DNA of 64,000 nt from Octopus bimaculoides (Eukaryota), in NCBI RefSeq assembly GCF_001194135.2, contig NC_068993.1, positions 62,343,730 to 62,407,729 on the forward strand, read 5' to 3'. Shown here piece by piece: positions 25,715 through 38,994 of this stretch. The position numbers and the translations under genes are program-made. The first letter of the stretch is position 1. Each line of letters begins with the position of its first letter. The notes beneath the pieces are model-generated. The model had not been told where the DNA came from. It saw only the letters and a list, made by a program, of their open reading frames with translations, and did no database searches.

Positions 25715-25896
25715 GTGTGGTTGCCGTTTGTGAGGCGCGCTTTCCCGCAGCTCGTCTCCATGACCGAACTGCAGTCGTGAATCAAGAAGAGGCCGAGGAA
25801 GGGCGAATAGCACCGCGAGTGCCACTTTGCTCTCAAGCAACTATGCCGCCCTGGGTAGACCTTGAGCGACTGCAACACAACACAAGCATTCTATAG
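25715..25896 (+). CDS. Candidate coding exon, unknown product
   Basis: Acceptor ctctatgtgaacag|; GC-rich island; 59-codon frame VVAVCEARFPAARLHDRTAVVNQEEAEEGRIAPRVPLCSQATMPPWVDLERLQHNTSIL* with a strong G/C bias at codon position 1. Confidence 0.35.
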
Positions 25897-26418
25897 GGGA
25901 TTAGTGGAGGGGAGGTACGACGACGATCTCGGAGCGAACCTGATTTTTTTTTTCTTTTTGCGTATTCGTAATCTCCGACATCTAAAACGTAGGAATAACT
26001 TTTCAAAAAATTGCATTTTTCAAGGAGAGGTGCGAAACTGCATTAGGCCCGGACCGCCCTTGGAGACATCGATGAAATGAAAATGGATGTAATGAATTGA
26101 GTAGGACAGCGAAAGCCTGTCTTTATTTATTTATTTATTATTTATTTTTTTCAAAGAGAATACGCCAGTTAGTTTAAAGGATGAAATAAGTCATCACTTA
26201 TGATTCGGACCACGTTGATTCGTATTTTTATATAGAGAAAGCGATATTCTGTGAACATCTGTGTAATTTCAACGATCGATGTTAGTTAATAAAAGAAGTT
26301 ATGTCTACTTGTGCATACATACATACATACATACATACATACATACATACATACATACATACATACATACATGCATACATATATGCATACATAAGAAAAT
26401 GTTACAACAAAAGCCGAC

Positions 26419-27022
26419 ATGAGGATGAACAATTTGCTTGTCCATAATAGACAAAACTGGACAGAGAATGAAATTGATATTCTGGTTAACGCCTGGCTGC
26501 TTTCCCAAGTTGGGGACACACACATATCATGTTTCAGGAACATAACTTCAAAAACTCTCCCACTGTTCAATATTCGATCAGAGAGATATACTGAAAGCAA
26601 ATCAAGTCTCCAAAGTTTTTTTTTATTCTTTTTTTTTTCATCTCCTTGAAAACACGTGGAAAAATTCCAGTTAATACTCTCTTCTGCTACAACTGGAGCA
26701 ACAGGTTGAATATCAACAACACCAACAACAGCAGCAGCAGATATTACTCTGGTTAATGTCTGGTTGGGTCTGTCCCAAGCCAGGAATACACAATGCAATG
26801 AATAATTTACATGTCTATAGACGTTACCAAAACCAGATTGAAATTGATTTCTTGGCCAATGCCAGATTGAACGATTCCCAGTCTGAAGATACACACGCTT
26901 CATGTTCCAGCAACATTGTTCGATGTTCGATCAGCGAGACAGACTAACAAGAAATTAAGTTTCGAAAGCTTTTGGTTTTGAAAAGTTCCACTTAATATTC
27001 TCTTCTGTTATAGCACGAGAGC
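26419..27022 (+). repeat. Old tandem duplication (offset ~373 bp) encoding a Myb/SANT-like motif
   Basis: MNNLLVHNRQNWTENEIDILVNAWLLSQVGDTHISC at 26425 versus MNNLHVYRRYQNQIEIDFLANARLNDSQSEDTHASC at 26798; the flanking DNA also aligns. Confidence 0.6.
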
Positions 27023-27030
27023 AAAATTTA

Positions 27031-27350
27031 CTGGCGTTTCGTTGGATTCGACGATGAGGTTTCGAGTTGATCCAACCAACGGAACAGCCTACTCGTGAAA
27101 TTAACGAGCAAGTGGCTGAATACTCCACAGACTTGCATAGCCTTAATGTAGTTCTCAGGGAAATTCAGCGCAACACAGACTGTGACAAGGCTAGCCTTTC
27201 GAATTATAGGTACAGCTCATTTTTGTCAGTTGAGTAGATTAAAACAGCGAGAAATAAAGTGTTTTGCTCAAGGACACAACGCGTCGCTGGAAATCGAACT
27301 CACGACTTAATCGTAAGCCGAATACCCCAGCTACTGTACCGACGCGTCTG
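27031..27350 (-). mobile_element. SINE family C
   Basis: Reverse complement of 12724-13036. Confidence 0.85.
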
Positions 27351-27447
27351 TACAGAACGACTACCAAGACGGGGGACAACAACTGCAGTGACCGCACCAC
27401 ACCAAAATTAAGCATGGACATGAATACACACATACACACACATTCTT

Positions 27448-27655
27448 TTCTACTCTAGGCACAAGGCCCAAATTTTGGGGAAGGGCGCCAGTCGATTATA
27501 TCGACCCCAGTACAGAACCGGTACTTAATTTATCCACCCTGAATGGATGAAAAGCAGAGTCGACCTCGACGGAATTTGAACTCAGAACGTAAAGACGGAC
27601 GAAATACCGCTAAGCATTTTGCCCGGCATGCTAACGTTCCTACCAGCTCGCCACC
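27448..27655 (-). mobile_element. SINE family A, full length
   Basis: ctactctaggcacaaggccc...gtcgacctcgacggaatttgaactcagaacg...cagctcgccacc. Confidence 0.9.
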
Positions 27656-27821
27656 TTCACATACACATACCAATTATATGTATGAGCAGCTTGTCACATT
27701 CGGATACCTAGTGAATTCCGAATATGCACGCTTGTGCACCCAATACGCTCCTGATGATCTGAGTTCAGTCATAAGCACGTGACCCATTGCAGCGGAAGAT
27801 CTCTCCTAAAATATTTATACA

Positions 27822-28314
27822 TACGTGGTCTGATCAATAAGTATCTGGACTGTTGCCATAGTAACGAAGCTAAAGCACGCAGAGTAAAGCTGCTTGGCAT
27901 TTCCCTTCACAATTGCTCGCATATCTGCGATGCTTTTCTCAGTTCTACTGGTTGCGCCTCTCCCAGAACGTTCGCCACTATCAACATTTTTCGGCCATCT
28001 TGGAAACGTCCGAACCACTCGTACGCTTGTGTGCGGCTCATACACTCCTCTCTAAATACTTTCTGCAACTTTGCGTAGGCCTCTGAGCAGGTATCTCCAT
28101 GACAACTTTCTTTGTCATGGTCAGTGCAACGATCACACGCTACACACGTTCATTCCAAGCATTGCTGCAAACAGCGGAAGTGAGCTAAAGCGTTAAAACT
28201 TAGTGCGCCTGCGCATCAGGGTTCAAGGTCTATCTTTGTCAAGTTTCTTCACTCTGCATGCCTTAGCCTCATTACTATGGTGACAGTCCGGATACTTATT
28301 GATCAGACCTCGTA
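27822..28314 (-). mobile_element. Internally deleted mariner element
   Basis: 41-bp TIRs (4 mismatches) with TA at both ends; minus strand AYAKLQKVFREECMSRTQAYEWFGRFQDGR/NVDSGERSGR matches the mariner N-terminal HTH region. Confidence 0.9.
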
Positions 28315-28639
28315 TATTTGTTTTTGCTTCGTTATATTATATTATGCCAAACATTTAGACTTGAACGTTGTGTTGGAGCATCACAAATCTTGTGTTTGTT
28401 TCTGTTGTAGGCTCACCGTTTCTGATGTGTTGACGACTGCACTGGTTTAGTATATTTCTTTATGATAATGCAAAGATTGATTTCAGTTGTGCACACTCTC
28501 ATGCATACACATAATATTTAAACGATTATGTATGTAATCGATTCCTTAAAACATGTTTCGACTGAAGCTACGTAAGAGCAACTTGCGAATGTTAAAGTTT
28601 GATTACTAGTTTTTTTTTTATATTAGTTTGAACAGTTGT

Positions 28640-29125
28640 AGCTTGAAAGAGAAAACCGAAAGGAGAAGGGAAAGAAAATAAGGTGTGGGTGAGATAAATG
28701 GTAAAATAAAGAGAGTAGCGGTATAGTTAGGAAAGAGGAGGGAAAAGAGAGAGAAAGAAGGGGAGAGTAAAAGGGAGAAAGAAATAGAAAGGGAGAGAGA
28801 CAAGAATTAGACGAGAGAAATTACGATATAAAATCGGAAGTGGTGGTGAGAGTATGAACGAGTAAAATAAGCTGGAAATGTGAGGAAGGCGGAGGAAAAA
28901 AAGTGAATGTTATGGGCGAGGAATCATCGGAGGGTGAAAGTGTAGAAGGAAGAGAGCGAGTGAGAGAGGGAGAGAGAGAAGTGAGGTGAGAGTGAGGGTG
29001 AGGGAGAAAGAGTTAGAGAAGAGTAGATGAGAGAAACAAGCGCTTAGATGAGAGAAGTGAGATCGGGAGGAAGCGTGAATAAAGAGATGAAGAAGGATAA
29101 AGAGATGAAGAAGGATGGGGGGGTG
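28640..29125. repeat. Degenerate purine-rich (GA) tract
   Basis: Read directly. Confidence 0.8.
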
Positions 29126-29671
29126 AATGACAAATGTATTGAGAATTGGGGAAAATATTGTGTAAAAAGTGTTTTTAAAAGTGCGACATTTATAAATAAT
29201 TAATTCATTAAGGCAAAATGATTTGAAATGTTGAAACGGTCGAAAATTAAAAGCAAAATTATCGGGTTATTCAGTTTAAAATAAAGATATCACCGACCAA
29301 CGCAGATAACCCTTGTAACGGTGGTGCCACAGCATGGCCGCAGCTCTCGTGCTGTGACAAGTGAAAAAAGATCTTAAAATTTGTGGGTGCAAGGGAATGG
29401 TTATGGGAAGACGAAAAGAGAAGAGGGGACAAAATGGCGGAAAAGAAATTAAAAAAGGAGAACGCAATGAGGATTGAAGGTAGAAAAGGAGTGGAATGTA
29501 GGGGTGGGAGCACAGTGGAATGTGGGGTCAGGAGTCGACCACAGACTGTAACGAATGGTGGAAATGGAAAACTATTAAATGGAATAAGTGAAAACAAGCA
29601 TAAATGGAATGTTATTTTAGAATTAAAATGGGAGCTGTGAAAATAAGGCATAAAGTGGTGCGTAATAATAG

Positions 29672-29885
29672 TTTCAAATTTTGGCACGAAGCCAGCAATT
29701 TTGGGTGAGTGGGAAAGTCAGTTACATCACCTACCCCTGTGCTCGAGTGGTACTTATTTTATCGACCCTGAAAGGATGAAAAGCAAAGTCGACCTCAGCG
29801 GCATTTGAACTCTAAACGCAAAGATGGATGAAATGCCGCTATGCGTCATGCCCAGTGGTGCTAACGATTCTGCCGGATCGCTGCT
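29672..29885 (-). mobile_element. SINE family A
   Basis: atcgaccctgaaaggatgaaaagcaaagtcgacctcagcggcatttgaactc. Confidence 0.85.
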
Positions 29886-30259
29886 TTGGTAATGCGTATT
29901 CATAAAATATGGTTTGTTGATATGAAGGATAAAGATGGGTTATGCAATTTCAAGATGTAAAGAACGTTCCAAAACACATTTAGTGTTTAAAATTTTGTTA
30001 ATGTGTTTACAATTGTATTACAGACGGAGAGAAAATTATTTTTCTTTTCGTCTTTGTAGAGAAATGAGCGATTATTAAATTTAGGAAATGAGAAAACAAG
30101 GAGCTCTGCAACAGATAAAATTATGACCGTTAGCAAAATGAACTGCGATGCAACGAAAACCTTAATGGAATATTAGGTGAATAAACTAGACGAGGGAAGA
30201 GATAATGAGAAGAGTGGAGTTGCAAAGGTCCATGACTCCAAAATATAAGAAAATATGGC

Positions 30260-30472
30260 ACAAATCCAGCATTAATTATGGCACAAGTCCAGCAAGTGCA
30301 GAAGAGGAGTTCAGTTAATTATATCCACCCCAGTACTCACGGGTACTTATTTTATTGAGTCCGAAAGGATGAAAGATAAAGTCGATCTCGACGGCATTTG
30401 AACGTAAAAACGGACGAAATGCCGCTAAGCATTTTTCCCGGCGTGCTAACGATTCTGCAAGCTCACCGCCTT
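30260..30472 (-). mobile_element. SINE family A
   Basis: ccgaaaggatgaaagataaagtcgatctcgacgg...gcaagctcaccgcc. Confidence 0.85.
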
Positions 30473-31194
30473 AAAAAAGATATACAACATATTGGTAACA
30501 CAAAGGGTTAGCTTAAGTAGAAAAGGGAAGCAATCAAACAGAAGGATGGTTATAGCACGGATGATTTAAAATTGCAGCATGAACAAATAGGAAGATATGA
30601 GATGGGAAAATTCACTGAAATATTGGAGGAATAACCAGAAGAAAGTCGTTAAGCTATTAGAACGGGCAAATAAAGCTTAAAATGATGTTAGATAAAGAGA
30701 GAAAGAGAGAGAGATGGGACGAGGGAGAGAGAGGGCGAGGGGGAGAGAGCGAGGGGGAGAGAGAGAGAGAAAGACGGTGGAGAGAAAAGAAGTATTTTAG
30801 CTGCTAGGTCTAGGATGAAAAAAGGGCAGTGTGTATAAGAGCTACTTGAGTAAATATTAGCGAGCAAGTGAAGTTAGGAATAATAGATAATTAATTATCA
30901 CTGTGAATATATATGTATATGTAATGAGGTGAAGTTGAGAGAAGATGAGATCATATTAGGGGTAGAATACACGTCTGACATATTTATGTCTGGCGTTGTT
31001 CTTAACATACATCTTAATACGTATTTCCCTCCGATCCTAACACTATTTTGGTGAACTAATAAAGACATACATAGTACTTGCTTTGTAACATGCGTTGGTT
31101 TGCTCTCACGTACGATGCGATGAAATTTCTTGGTCAAATCGTAATGGAACGAAGGTTTACTCACGCACGCGCGCGCGCACTCATTTGTATATGG

Positions 31195-31470
31195 TGAGGG
31201 GCACGTGACCAAGTAGTTAGAGTGTTGCACTCACGGTCGCCAGATCGTGGGTACGATTCCCGTTGTTCCTGCCCACTCAGCCGTTAATGGGCCACCCTCC
31301 GACGGTCTAAGCTTCCAATCAAAGAGGTGGGGAATGTTGGCCTGTTCGCTCGGGCAGCGGAGTGGCATACTTCGAAATCTAAAACGATGCAAAGCGCATT
31401 ATGACCAGCGATGTATAACAATATCCGGTTCTCTGGAGAATCAACCACACGATCACATGATATGTGTATT
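31195..31470 (+). mobile_element. tRNA-derived SINE family F
   Basis: Head ggggcacgtgaccaagtagttagagtgttgcactcacg...gggtacgattccc; tail gcgcattatgaccagcgatg...gatcacatgata. Confidence 0.6.
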
Positions 31471-31502
31471 TATACATAAATAAATATATACATCACGTGA
31501 GA

Positions 31503-31519
<17 letters not shown>

Positions 31520-31539
<20 letters not shown>

Positions 31540-32280
31540 ATCACCATCGACAAATATGTTATCAAGTTACACGCACTAACCACAAAAGCTTAATACCTTT
31601 ATAACGATCCTCATTTAGAAGACTTCAATGCACTGAAGCTTCTTGGATTTCGAATCGCAAATGACAAAAGAGATAGAATATCGCAACTAAACACTCTGCA
31701 TAAACTTTATAATCTACTTTAATACATACGTACGCTTTACTAAGGAAACGAAGAAATGCATTTGTACAGATATAACCTTCAGCTTCACACACCCAGCGAT
31801 CGATTATCACGAACACCTGGCAATTTATTACCCAGCGTTCCTTGGAGCAACAACAAATTCTCATCACAAACGCAGCTGCACATCAATGTAGAAAAACAAA
31901 CGTTTCGAAAATTCTAAAAACGCATAATGGAATTAAGTTTCATCAAAACCAGAAAAATGTTTTCAGAAATAAGAAAAATAAACCCAGCACAAACGCCAGC
32001 TTAGACACTGCAGAATATACGTTCATCGATAAGTATAAACATACCTAAAAAAAAGAAAAACAGGAATTTCTACAAAGCAACACAGAAATACAACCTTAAT
32101 TACTCATCAAAAATAATTATTTTCATTAAACTTAGAGAAAGACTCCAAAACTACAAAATTTAGCCTCGAACAACAAAACAAGAGAGTTAAAAAGAAAAAT
32201 CCCTGATTAAATACCTCAACATAAACCACAAATACTATGAGGGATAATTAACTAAAGCAATTAAAAGCACATCGGCAATG
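31520..32280 (+). mobile_element. Possible highly decayed LINE fragment
   Basis: A-rich plus strand with weak RT-downstream-like stretches (TLHKLYNLL*YIRTLY); many stops. Confidence 0.25.
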
Positions 32281-32333
32281 TCACAGCCAGTATCCCAATA
32301 ACAATACATCAAAGACAATGCCCGTAAGGTTAA

Positions 32334-32648
32334 CTGGTACTCCGTTGGTTACGACGATCAATGTTCTAGTGGATCCGGTTAACTCGTGATATTAACGTGC
32401 ACGGGGCTGAGTACTCCATAGATACGCGTACCCTTAACGTAGTTCGCAGGGAAATTTAATGTGTCACATAATATGACAAGGCTGGGGCCCTTTGAATTAC
32501 AGGTATTGCTCATTTTTACCAGCTGAGTGTACTGGAATAATGTGGAATAAAGCGTCTTGCTCAAGGACGCAATGCGATGCCGCGAATCGAACTCACGACA
32601 TTATGATCATAAGCTGAATACCCTAACCTCTAAGTCACGCAACTTCAC
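32334..32648 (-). mobile_element. SINE family C
   Basis: ctggtactccgttggttacgacga...gtcttgctcaaggac...cttcac. Confidence 0.85.
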
Positions 32649-33221
32649 GCGCCTGAAGAATTTTCCGAAAACGAGGCCCGGAAACCAATGAAAATGAAAA
32701 ATACTTCTCTTCCACGTCGACCGCGCGTTCAAAAAGTTTCTATGACTGATACACAAAATGTAAGGGAATGCAAACCAAAAGTAAAGAAATAAACATTTAG
32801 GGCCTGAAGGAATCACATCACTCAGCAAAAAAGAAAAAAAAAAAAGAAAAATATCTAGTGACGTAACATCTTAGTGAACCCTCGCTCTCCTATGAACACC
32901 CTAAAAATTCTAGGATAGCTTAATTCTTGACATCGCCAACCTGCAATTAGTCACCTTGAACTTGCATTCAACTAGAACACAGACGCAAGGCGCAAAACGC
33001 ACCAAATGTCTCCCACACAGTCATATTTTTGTATCAGTCATAATGCTCAGCAATGTTTTCGAATCTATCCCTCCGCTTCCCACTCTTCACCGTTTTAATA
33101 AATCATACAAGACGTTTGTTAGTAAACTGTTTGTGGTAACTGTCAAATCCACTCGTTTTCTATCAGCAACACTACGGATTAGCAAATACAGGCAACTATC
33201 AAGCACAACAATATAAACACA

Positions 33222-33625
33222 CAGACGTGGCGGCGTGGTAAGAAGCTTGCTTACCAGCCACATGGTTCCAGGTTCAGTCTCACTGTGTGGCACCTTAGGC
33301 AAGTGTCTTCTACTGTAGCTTCAGGCCGACTAAAGCCTTGTGAATGGATTTTGGAGAGAGAAACTGAAAGAAGCCCGTCGAGTATATAATATATGTGTGT
33401 GTGTGTGTGTGACTGCATTTATGTTTGTGTTTGTCCCCCACTAATGCTTGATAAGGGTGTTGTTGTGTTTACGTCCCCGTAACTTAGCGGTTTGGCGAAA
33501 GTGACTGCTATAATAAATACTAAGTGTAGAAGAATAAGGACTGGGATTGATTCGTTCGATTAAAAAATTCTTCAATGTGGTGCCCCAGCATGGCCGCCAC
33601 CTAATGACTGAATCGAATAAAAGAT
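33222..33625 (+). mobile_element. tRNA-derived SINE family B, full length
   Basis: Head gtggcggcgtggtaagaagcttgc...ggttcagtctc, ggcaccttaggcaagtgtctt, internal (TG)n, tail ccagcatggccg...aatgactgaa. Confidence 0.9.
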
Positions 33626-34374
33626 GAACCCACAACACACAAGATGACAACGCTAGCAGTTATATACAGCTCCGCCACAGCATTCGCAACGAACATAGAA
33701 AACAGCAAACAGAACTGAACGAAGCAAAACGCACAGAGAAAGATTACAGGTGCCATATTTAGCCAACAGAAAGAATCAACGACAATTGTATGTATAAATA
33801 ATTCATTAGATCCGTCATATATTATGCTAGACCTACTGGAGCATCCATTCTCTCCTCATACAATGCATTGATTTACTAATACAAAAAAACGACACAATAA
33901 ACTTCGTAACAGGATGTTAACAGACAGCCTACAACAACATAGCAAAAGTATTAAATATGTAAAATCGGTGTAATGTGAGAGATGGAATTTCTCTTATCGT
34001 TGCAAACTCCGATCCTCTCAGTCCTTGCCATTACCTGAAAATCCACCTCTAAAACACAAAGACAACTATACAAAGCTCTAGAGCACTGGAAAATGATATC
34101 CTTCAAAAATAGTTGACCCGATCGTGCCTTATACACACATACACACACATGTATATGTGTGTGTTAGCGTGTAAATAATGGGTTGAAAAACCATTTTGGA
34201 TGGAGAATGCTGAAGGCTACACGTAGGACACTAGTCCACATCTAGAGACACAGTAAGCGTTCTACTAGATGACAAAACAATCTTTCGAAATTTTCTATCC
34301 ATTTCAAGAAATGTATTCTTACCAGCAAGACTGGTATGTTATACATACATACATACATACATACATACATACAT

Positions 34375-34428
<54 letters not shown>

Positions 34429-34479
34429 ATGTATGTATTATATATATATATATATAATATGGGAAAAATGAAGCTGCTA

Positions 34480-34970
34480 GGCAGAGACTGACCTTGAACT
34501 CAGTCGCGCATGCACACTAAGTCATAACGTTCTCGCTCACTTCTGTTAGAGCAGTTACAGGAAGTAAAGTGTATAGAGTGTGGTCGTTTCAACAAGTAGA
34601 TCAGGTTTCAGCTGCGCAAGATCTTGATTGTGTCGAGGAAGACGAAGACAATTTGAAAACGCTCCTGACAAGGGACGAATCATGGATCTATTGCTATGGT
34701 CCTTTCTTCTTTCCAAAAATCAAATCTCACTTGAAGGGAACATGATCTCAAGACGTTGAAGAAATCCAAGAGGATGCGACATAAGCAGCTGCTTGCAATC
34801 CCCACCAAAAAGGAATACCCAGGAATGCCTCCATCAATGGAGACAACTCTGGATAAGGTGTGAGTCCATTTTAGAAGGGAACAATTTCAAAGAAGATTAA
34901 TTACGGAATTGATATGTGTTGTTTTCTTTGGATGGCACCAGTCCTGATACTTTTCTTTTAATCAGAACAT
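34480..34970 (+). mobile_element. Internally deleted mariner, same family as 27822-28314
   Basis: 5' UTR aligns with the 27822 element; DNLKTLLTRDESWIYCYGP (TGDExW motif) is fused to FFFPKIKSHLKGT*SQDVEEIQ and ...EGNNFKED*; 3' TIR-like cagtcctgatactt. Confidence 0.8.
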
Positions 34971-37668
34971 ATATATGGTCACTTGAAGTGCAAGAAATAG
35001 CTGGCAAATCTCCCTCGAATTACATACCACGGCCTTCGTAAATAGAACACTTTACACTAAAAGACGGGATGAACGAGGCTGGAATCCCTAAAATCATAGC
35101 TCTTCTCAATCAAGACTGGTAATGGACTAAATAATCATAATTAAATATACTCCTTTCCTTTTCCTAGATTTTTATTCACCCACCACCACCACCACCACCA
35201 CCACCATCAGCAACAACAACAACAACAACAACCCTCTACATAACCGCACTCACCGCCTCCAACACCCACACAACCGCACTCACTACCGAAAACTCCCTCG
35301 CATCCTACTACAACTACTATCATCAATAATTACCATTCACTTACATTTTTTATGCTTANNNNNNNNNNNNNNNNNNNNNNNNNNNNNNNNNNNNNNNNNN
35401 NNNNNNNNNNNNNNNNNNNNNNNNNNNNNNNNNNNNNNNNNNNNNNNNNNNNNNNNNNNNNNNNNNNNNNNNNNNNNNNNNNNNNNNNNNNNNNNNNNNN
35501 NNNNNNNNNNNNNNNNNNNNNNNNNNNNNNNNNNNNNNNNNNNNNNNNNNNNNNNNNNNNNNNNNNNNNNNNNNNNNNNNNNNNNNNNNNNNNNNNNNNN
35601 NNNNNNNNNNNNNNNNNNNNNNNNNNNNNNNNNNNNNNNNNNNNNNNNNNNNNNNNNNNNNNNNNNNNNNNNNNNNNNNNNNNNNNNNNNNNNNNNNNNN
35701 NNNNNNNNNNNNNNNNNNNNNNNNNNNNNNNNNNNNNNNNNNNNNNNNNNNNNNNNNNNNNNNNNNNNNNNNNNNNNNNNNNNNNNNNNNNNNNNNNNNN
35801 NNNNNNNNNNNNNNNNNNNNNNNNNNNNNNNNNNNNNNNNNNNNNNNNNNNNNNNNNNNNNNNNNNNNNNNNNNNNNNNNNNNNNNNNNNNNNNNNNNNN
35901 NNNNNNNNNNNNNNNNNNNNNNNNNNNNNNNNNNNNNNNNNNNNNNNNNNNNNNNNNNNNNNNNNNNNNNNNNNNNNNNNNNNNNNNNNNNNNNNNNNNN
36001 NNNNNNNNNNNNNNNNNNNNNNNNNNNNNNNNNNNNNNNNNNNNNNNNNNNNNNNNNNNNNNNNNTATCTCCGTTTGTCTTTATCTCTCTATCACGGACG
36101 CATACATACACGCATATATACTGTCTTTGTATGTATATGTGTATGTATATATTTATGTATGTTTGTATGAGTGTGTATGTGCGTATTCCTGTATATACAT
36201 ATACATATGTATATATATACACATATATACATATATATGTGTGTGAGTGTGTGTGTATAATTGTTAAAGAGGAAAATAAACGTTAAGGCAAGGCAAACAT
36301 CTCAAGACATATACACTATTATTTTATTATTGGAAAAGAAAATTCAAAGTCTTACAGCTGTTTCTGGGATATCCCAGAATATGGGATATTCCGTCATCGG
36401 AGACAAATAGGGAAAAATGAGAAGGATATACATTAATGAAATGCCGGCATAGAGGATAGGAGCAAAAGAATAAGGGGATGAAGAAAGCGAAGAATAAAGA
36501 AACATAAAAGTTCACAGTTCACCTCTCTGATCTTGTAGAATTAAGTCCATAAGTCCTTCGGTGCAATCCTGCGTAAATCGATGTGGCTTAAAATCCNNNN
36601 NNNNNNACCATACAGCAATCTAGTGCTCTAATGCAATTCATTAAAAACTTTTTTTTGCATATCATTCACTTGATCACATTTTGCCTGAAGTTGCTATCTC
36701 TCTTGTTGGCCATAATAATATTTACTTGTCTATTTATTTTCACGGAGTTAATTGTGCGTGCATAGACATACATACGCATCTCATTGTATCTCCGTTTGTC
36801 TTTATCTCTCTATCACGGACGCATACATACACGCATATATACTGTCTTTGTATGTATATGTGTATGTATATATTTATGTATGTTTGTATGAGTGTGTATG
36901 TGCGTATTCCTGTATATACATATACATATGTATATATATACACATATATACATATATATGTGTGTGAGTGTGTGTGTATAATTGTTAAAGAGGAAAATAA
37001 ACGNNNNNNNNNNNNNNNNNNNNNNNNNNNNNNNNNNNNNNNNNNNNNNNNNNNNNNNNNNNNNNNNNNNNNNNNNNNNNNNNNNNNNNNNNNNNNNNNN
37101 NNNNNNNNNNNNNNNNNNNNNNNNNNNNNNNNNNNNNNNNNNNNNNNNNNNNNNNNNNNNNNNNNNNNNNNNNNNNNNNNNNNNNNNNNNNNNNNNNNNN
37201 NNNNNNNNNNNNNNNNNNNNNNNNNNNNNNNNNNNNNNNNNNNNNNNNNNNNNNNNNNNNNNNNNNNNNNNNNNNNNNNNNNNNNNNNNNNNNNNNNNNN
37301 NNNNNNNNNNNNNNNNNNNNNNNNNNNNNNNNNNNNNNNNNNNNNNNNNNNNNNNNNNNNNNNNNNNNNNNNNNNNNNNNNNNNNNNNNNNNNNNNNNNN
37401 NNNNNNNNNNNNNNNNNNNNNNNNNNNNNNNNNNNNNNNNNNNNNNNNNNNNNNNNNNNNNNNNNNNNNNNNNNNNNNNNNNNNNNNNNNNNNNNNNNNN
37501 NNNNNNNNNNNNNNNNNNNNNNNNNNNNNNNNNNNNNNNNNNNNNNNNNNNNNNNNNNNNNNNNNNNNNNNNNNNNNNNNNNNNNNNNNNACCATAGAGC
37601 CCTAGTAATCCGTTACAGCACTTACCTAGCATACCTAATTGTTTATATCACATGTGAACTAAACCCCC

Positions 37669-37714
<46 letters not shown>

Positions 37715-38359
37715 TTTCCGAACGTGATGCTGACCAGCCTGTTATAACATATTAAAAAAACACACTGAGAGAACTCAGTTCAATCAATAATATTGTAGAG
37801 CGAATATCTGTGTATTAAACAGTATACTTAATCGGCCATTACTGTACTGTTTCACCAGTAGCGGTACTCGAGGATCTATTTATATGTCGATATCGTTAAA
37901 ACAAAATTTTGTTTCATGTTCATAAATCTAAAAGGAGGGTATCTTCTGACTATTTCTAGACTGATAGATTCTTGTGCAATGTATATGAATTTAAATCTAA
38001 TGATGTTAGAGTGTAGGGGAAAAATTTGTTAAAATATGTACTTAAATACAAATCCAAGTTTGTTAATAATCGAATGTAAGATTGAAGGACGAAAGATCAA
38101 AACAAATTTCTTTTCAATAGATAATATTAAAAGATGAATATTATTCACATACTTCATATAATGGAAGACACCCTTTGTAAACATGCGCATATGACACACA
38201 ATTTTGCGCTTTTTATAGATGATGACGTATGAACACTTCCAGCAGGCCATTTGAAAAATTCTGCAGGTGAAACTGCTCACTAGTAAACGACGATCACATT
38301 TCACTGTTTAATACACAAGCACGTAGTCACACAGTCATATGCATATACATACGTATACC

Positions 38360-38500
38360 TGCATACATATATACATATACATACATACATACATACATAC
38401 ATACATACATACATGCATACATACATACATACATACATACATACATACATACATACATACATACATACGTACGTACTTACGTACGTAGGTACGTACGTGT
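38360..38500. repeat. (CATA)n microsatellite
   Basis: Read directly. Confidence 0.95.
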
Positions 38501-38957
38501 GTATGTATGTGTTATAATAAAAATACGATTATACTCCAATTAAAAGTTTTTTAGGTTGTTTTTGATTTCCGAATTAAGCTTTGCCGATTCTTTGGAAAAT
38601 TCTATGTTACAAATATTTCCTGACTATACTATTCTCTGGATCAGGATATGAAGTGATATTGGATTCTGTTCTGCGAATCATATTTTTGCAGAATTCAAGA
38701 CCAGGATATTACCGTTAGATTTCAACATCGTCAGGAACGTATTTTGGCCTGAGAGTTACTCATCATCAAGAATGTGTCTTTTCTGTTTGTAACACGTGTT
38801 TTTTTCTTCTTTACGTTTATTTTAGATGTGAACTACGATAAGAAAAGTACTTCCATATTAAACGAATATTTTCTTAGCCAAGTTTGACTGGAGAGAATGT
38901 ATGCCTTTTCAAACATAGCAACATCGGTTGCCAGGCGATGGTGGAGGGATAAACACA

Positions 38958-38994
<37 letters not shown>

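Noticed and set aside
25731-25760. HDV-like ribozyme: loop TTCCCGC closed by GCT/AGC, with GGCGAAT downstream
   Set aside because: There is no room for a P2 strand between the putative P1 and P3, and no GG for P1.1; it is only a simple hairpin.
26286-26903. 205-aa minus-strand ORF
   Set aside because: Antisense to the duplicated Myb-like unit and extended by (TATG)n; no recognisable motif.
36067-37003. Near-identical ~217-bp direct duplication (36067-36282 and 36787-37003)
   Set aside because: Each copy abuts an N-gap and they differ by about one indel; most likely uncollapsed haplotypes or contig overlap rather than a real duplication.
35352-37727. Long ORFs of 200-350 aa here and around the other gaps
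   Set aside because: Open only because N-runs and dinucleotide repeats contain no stops.
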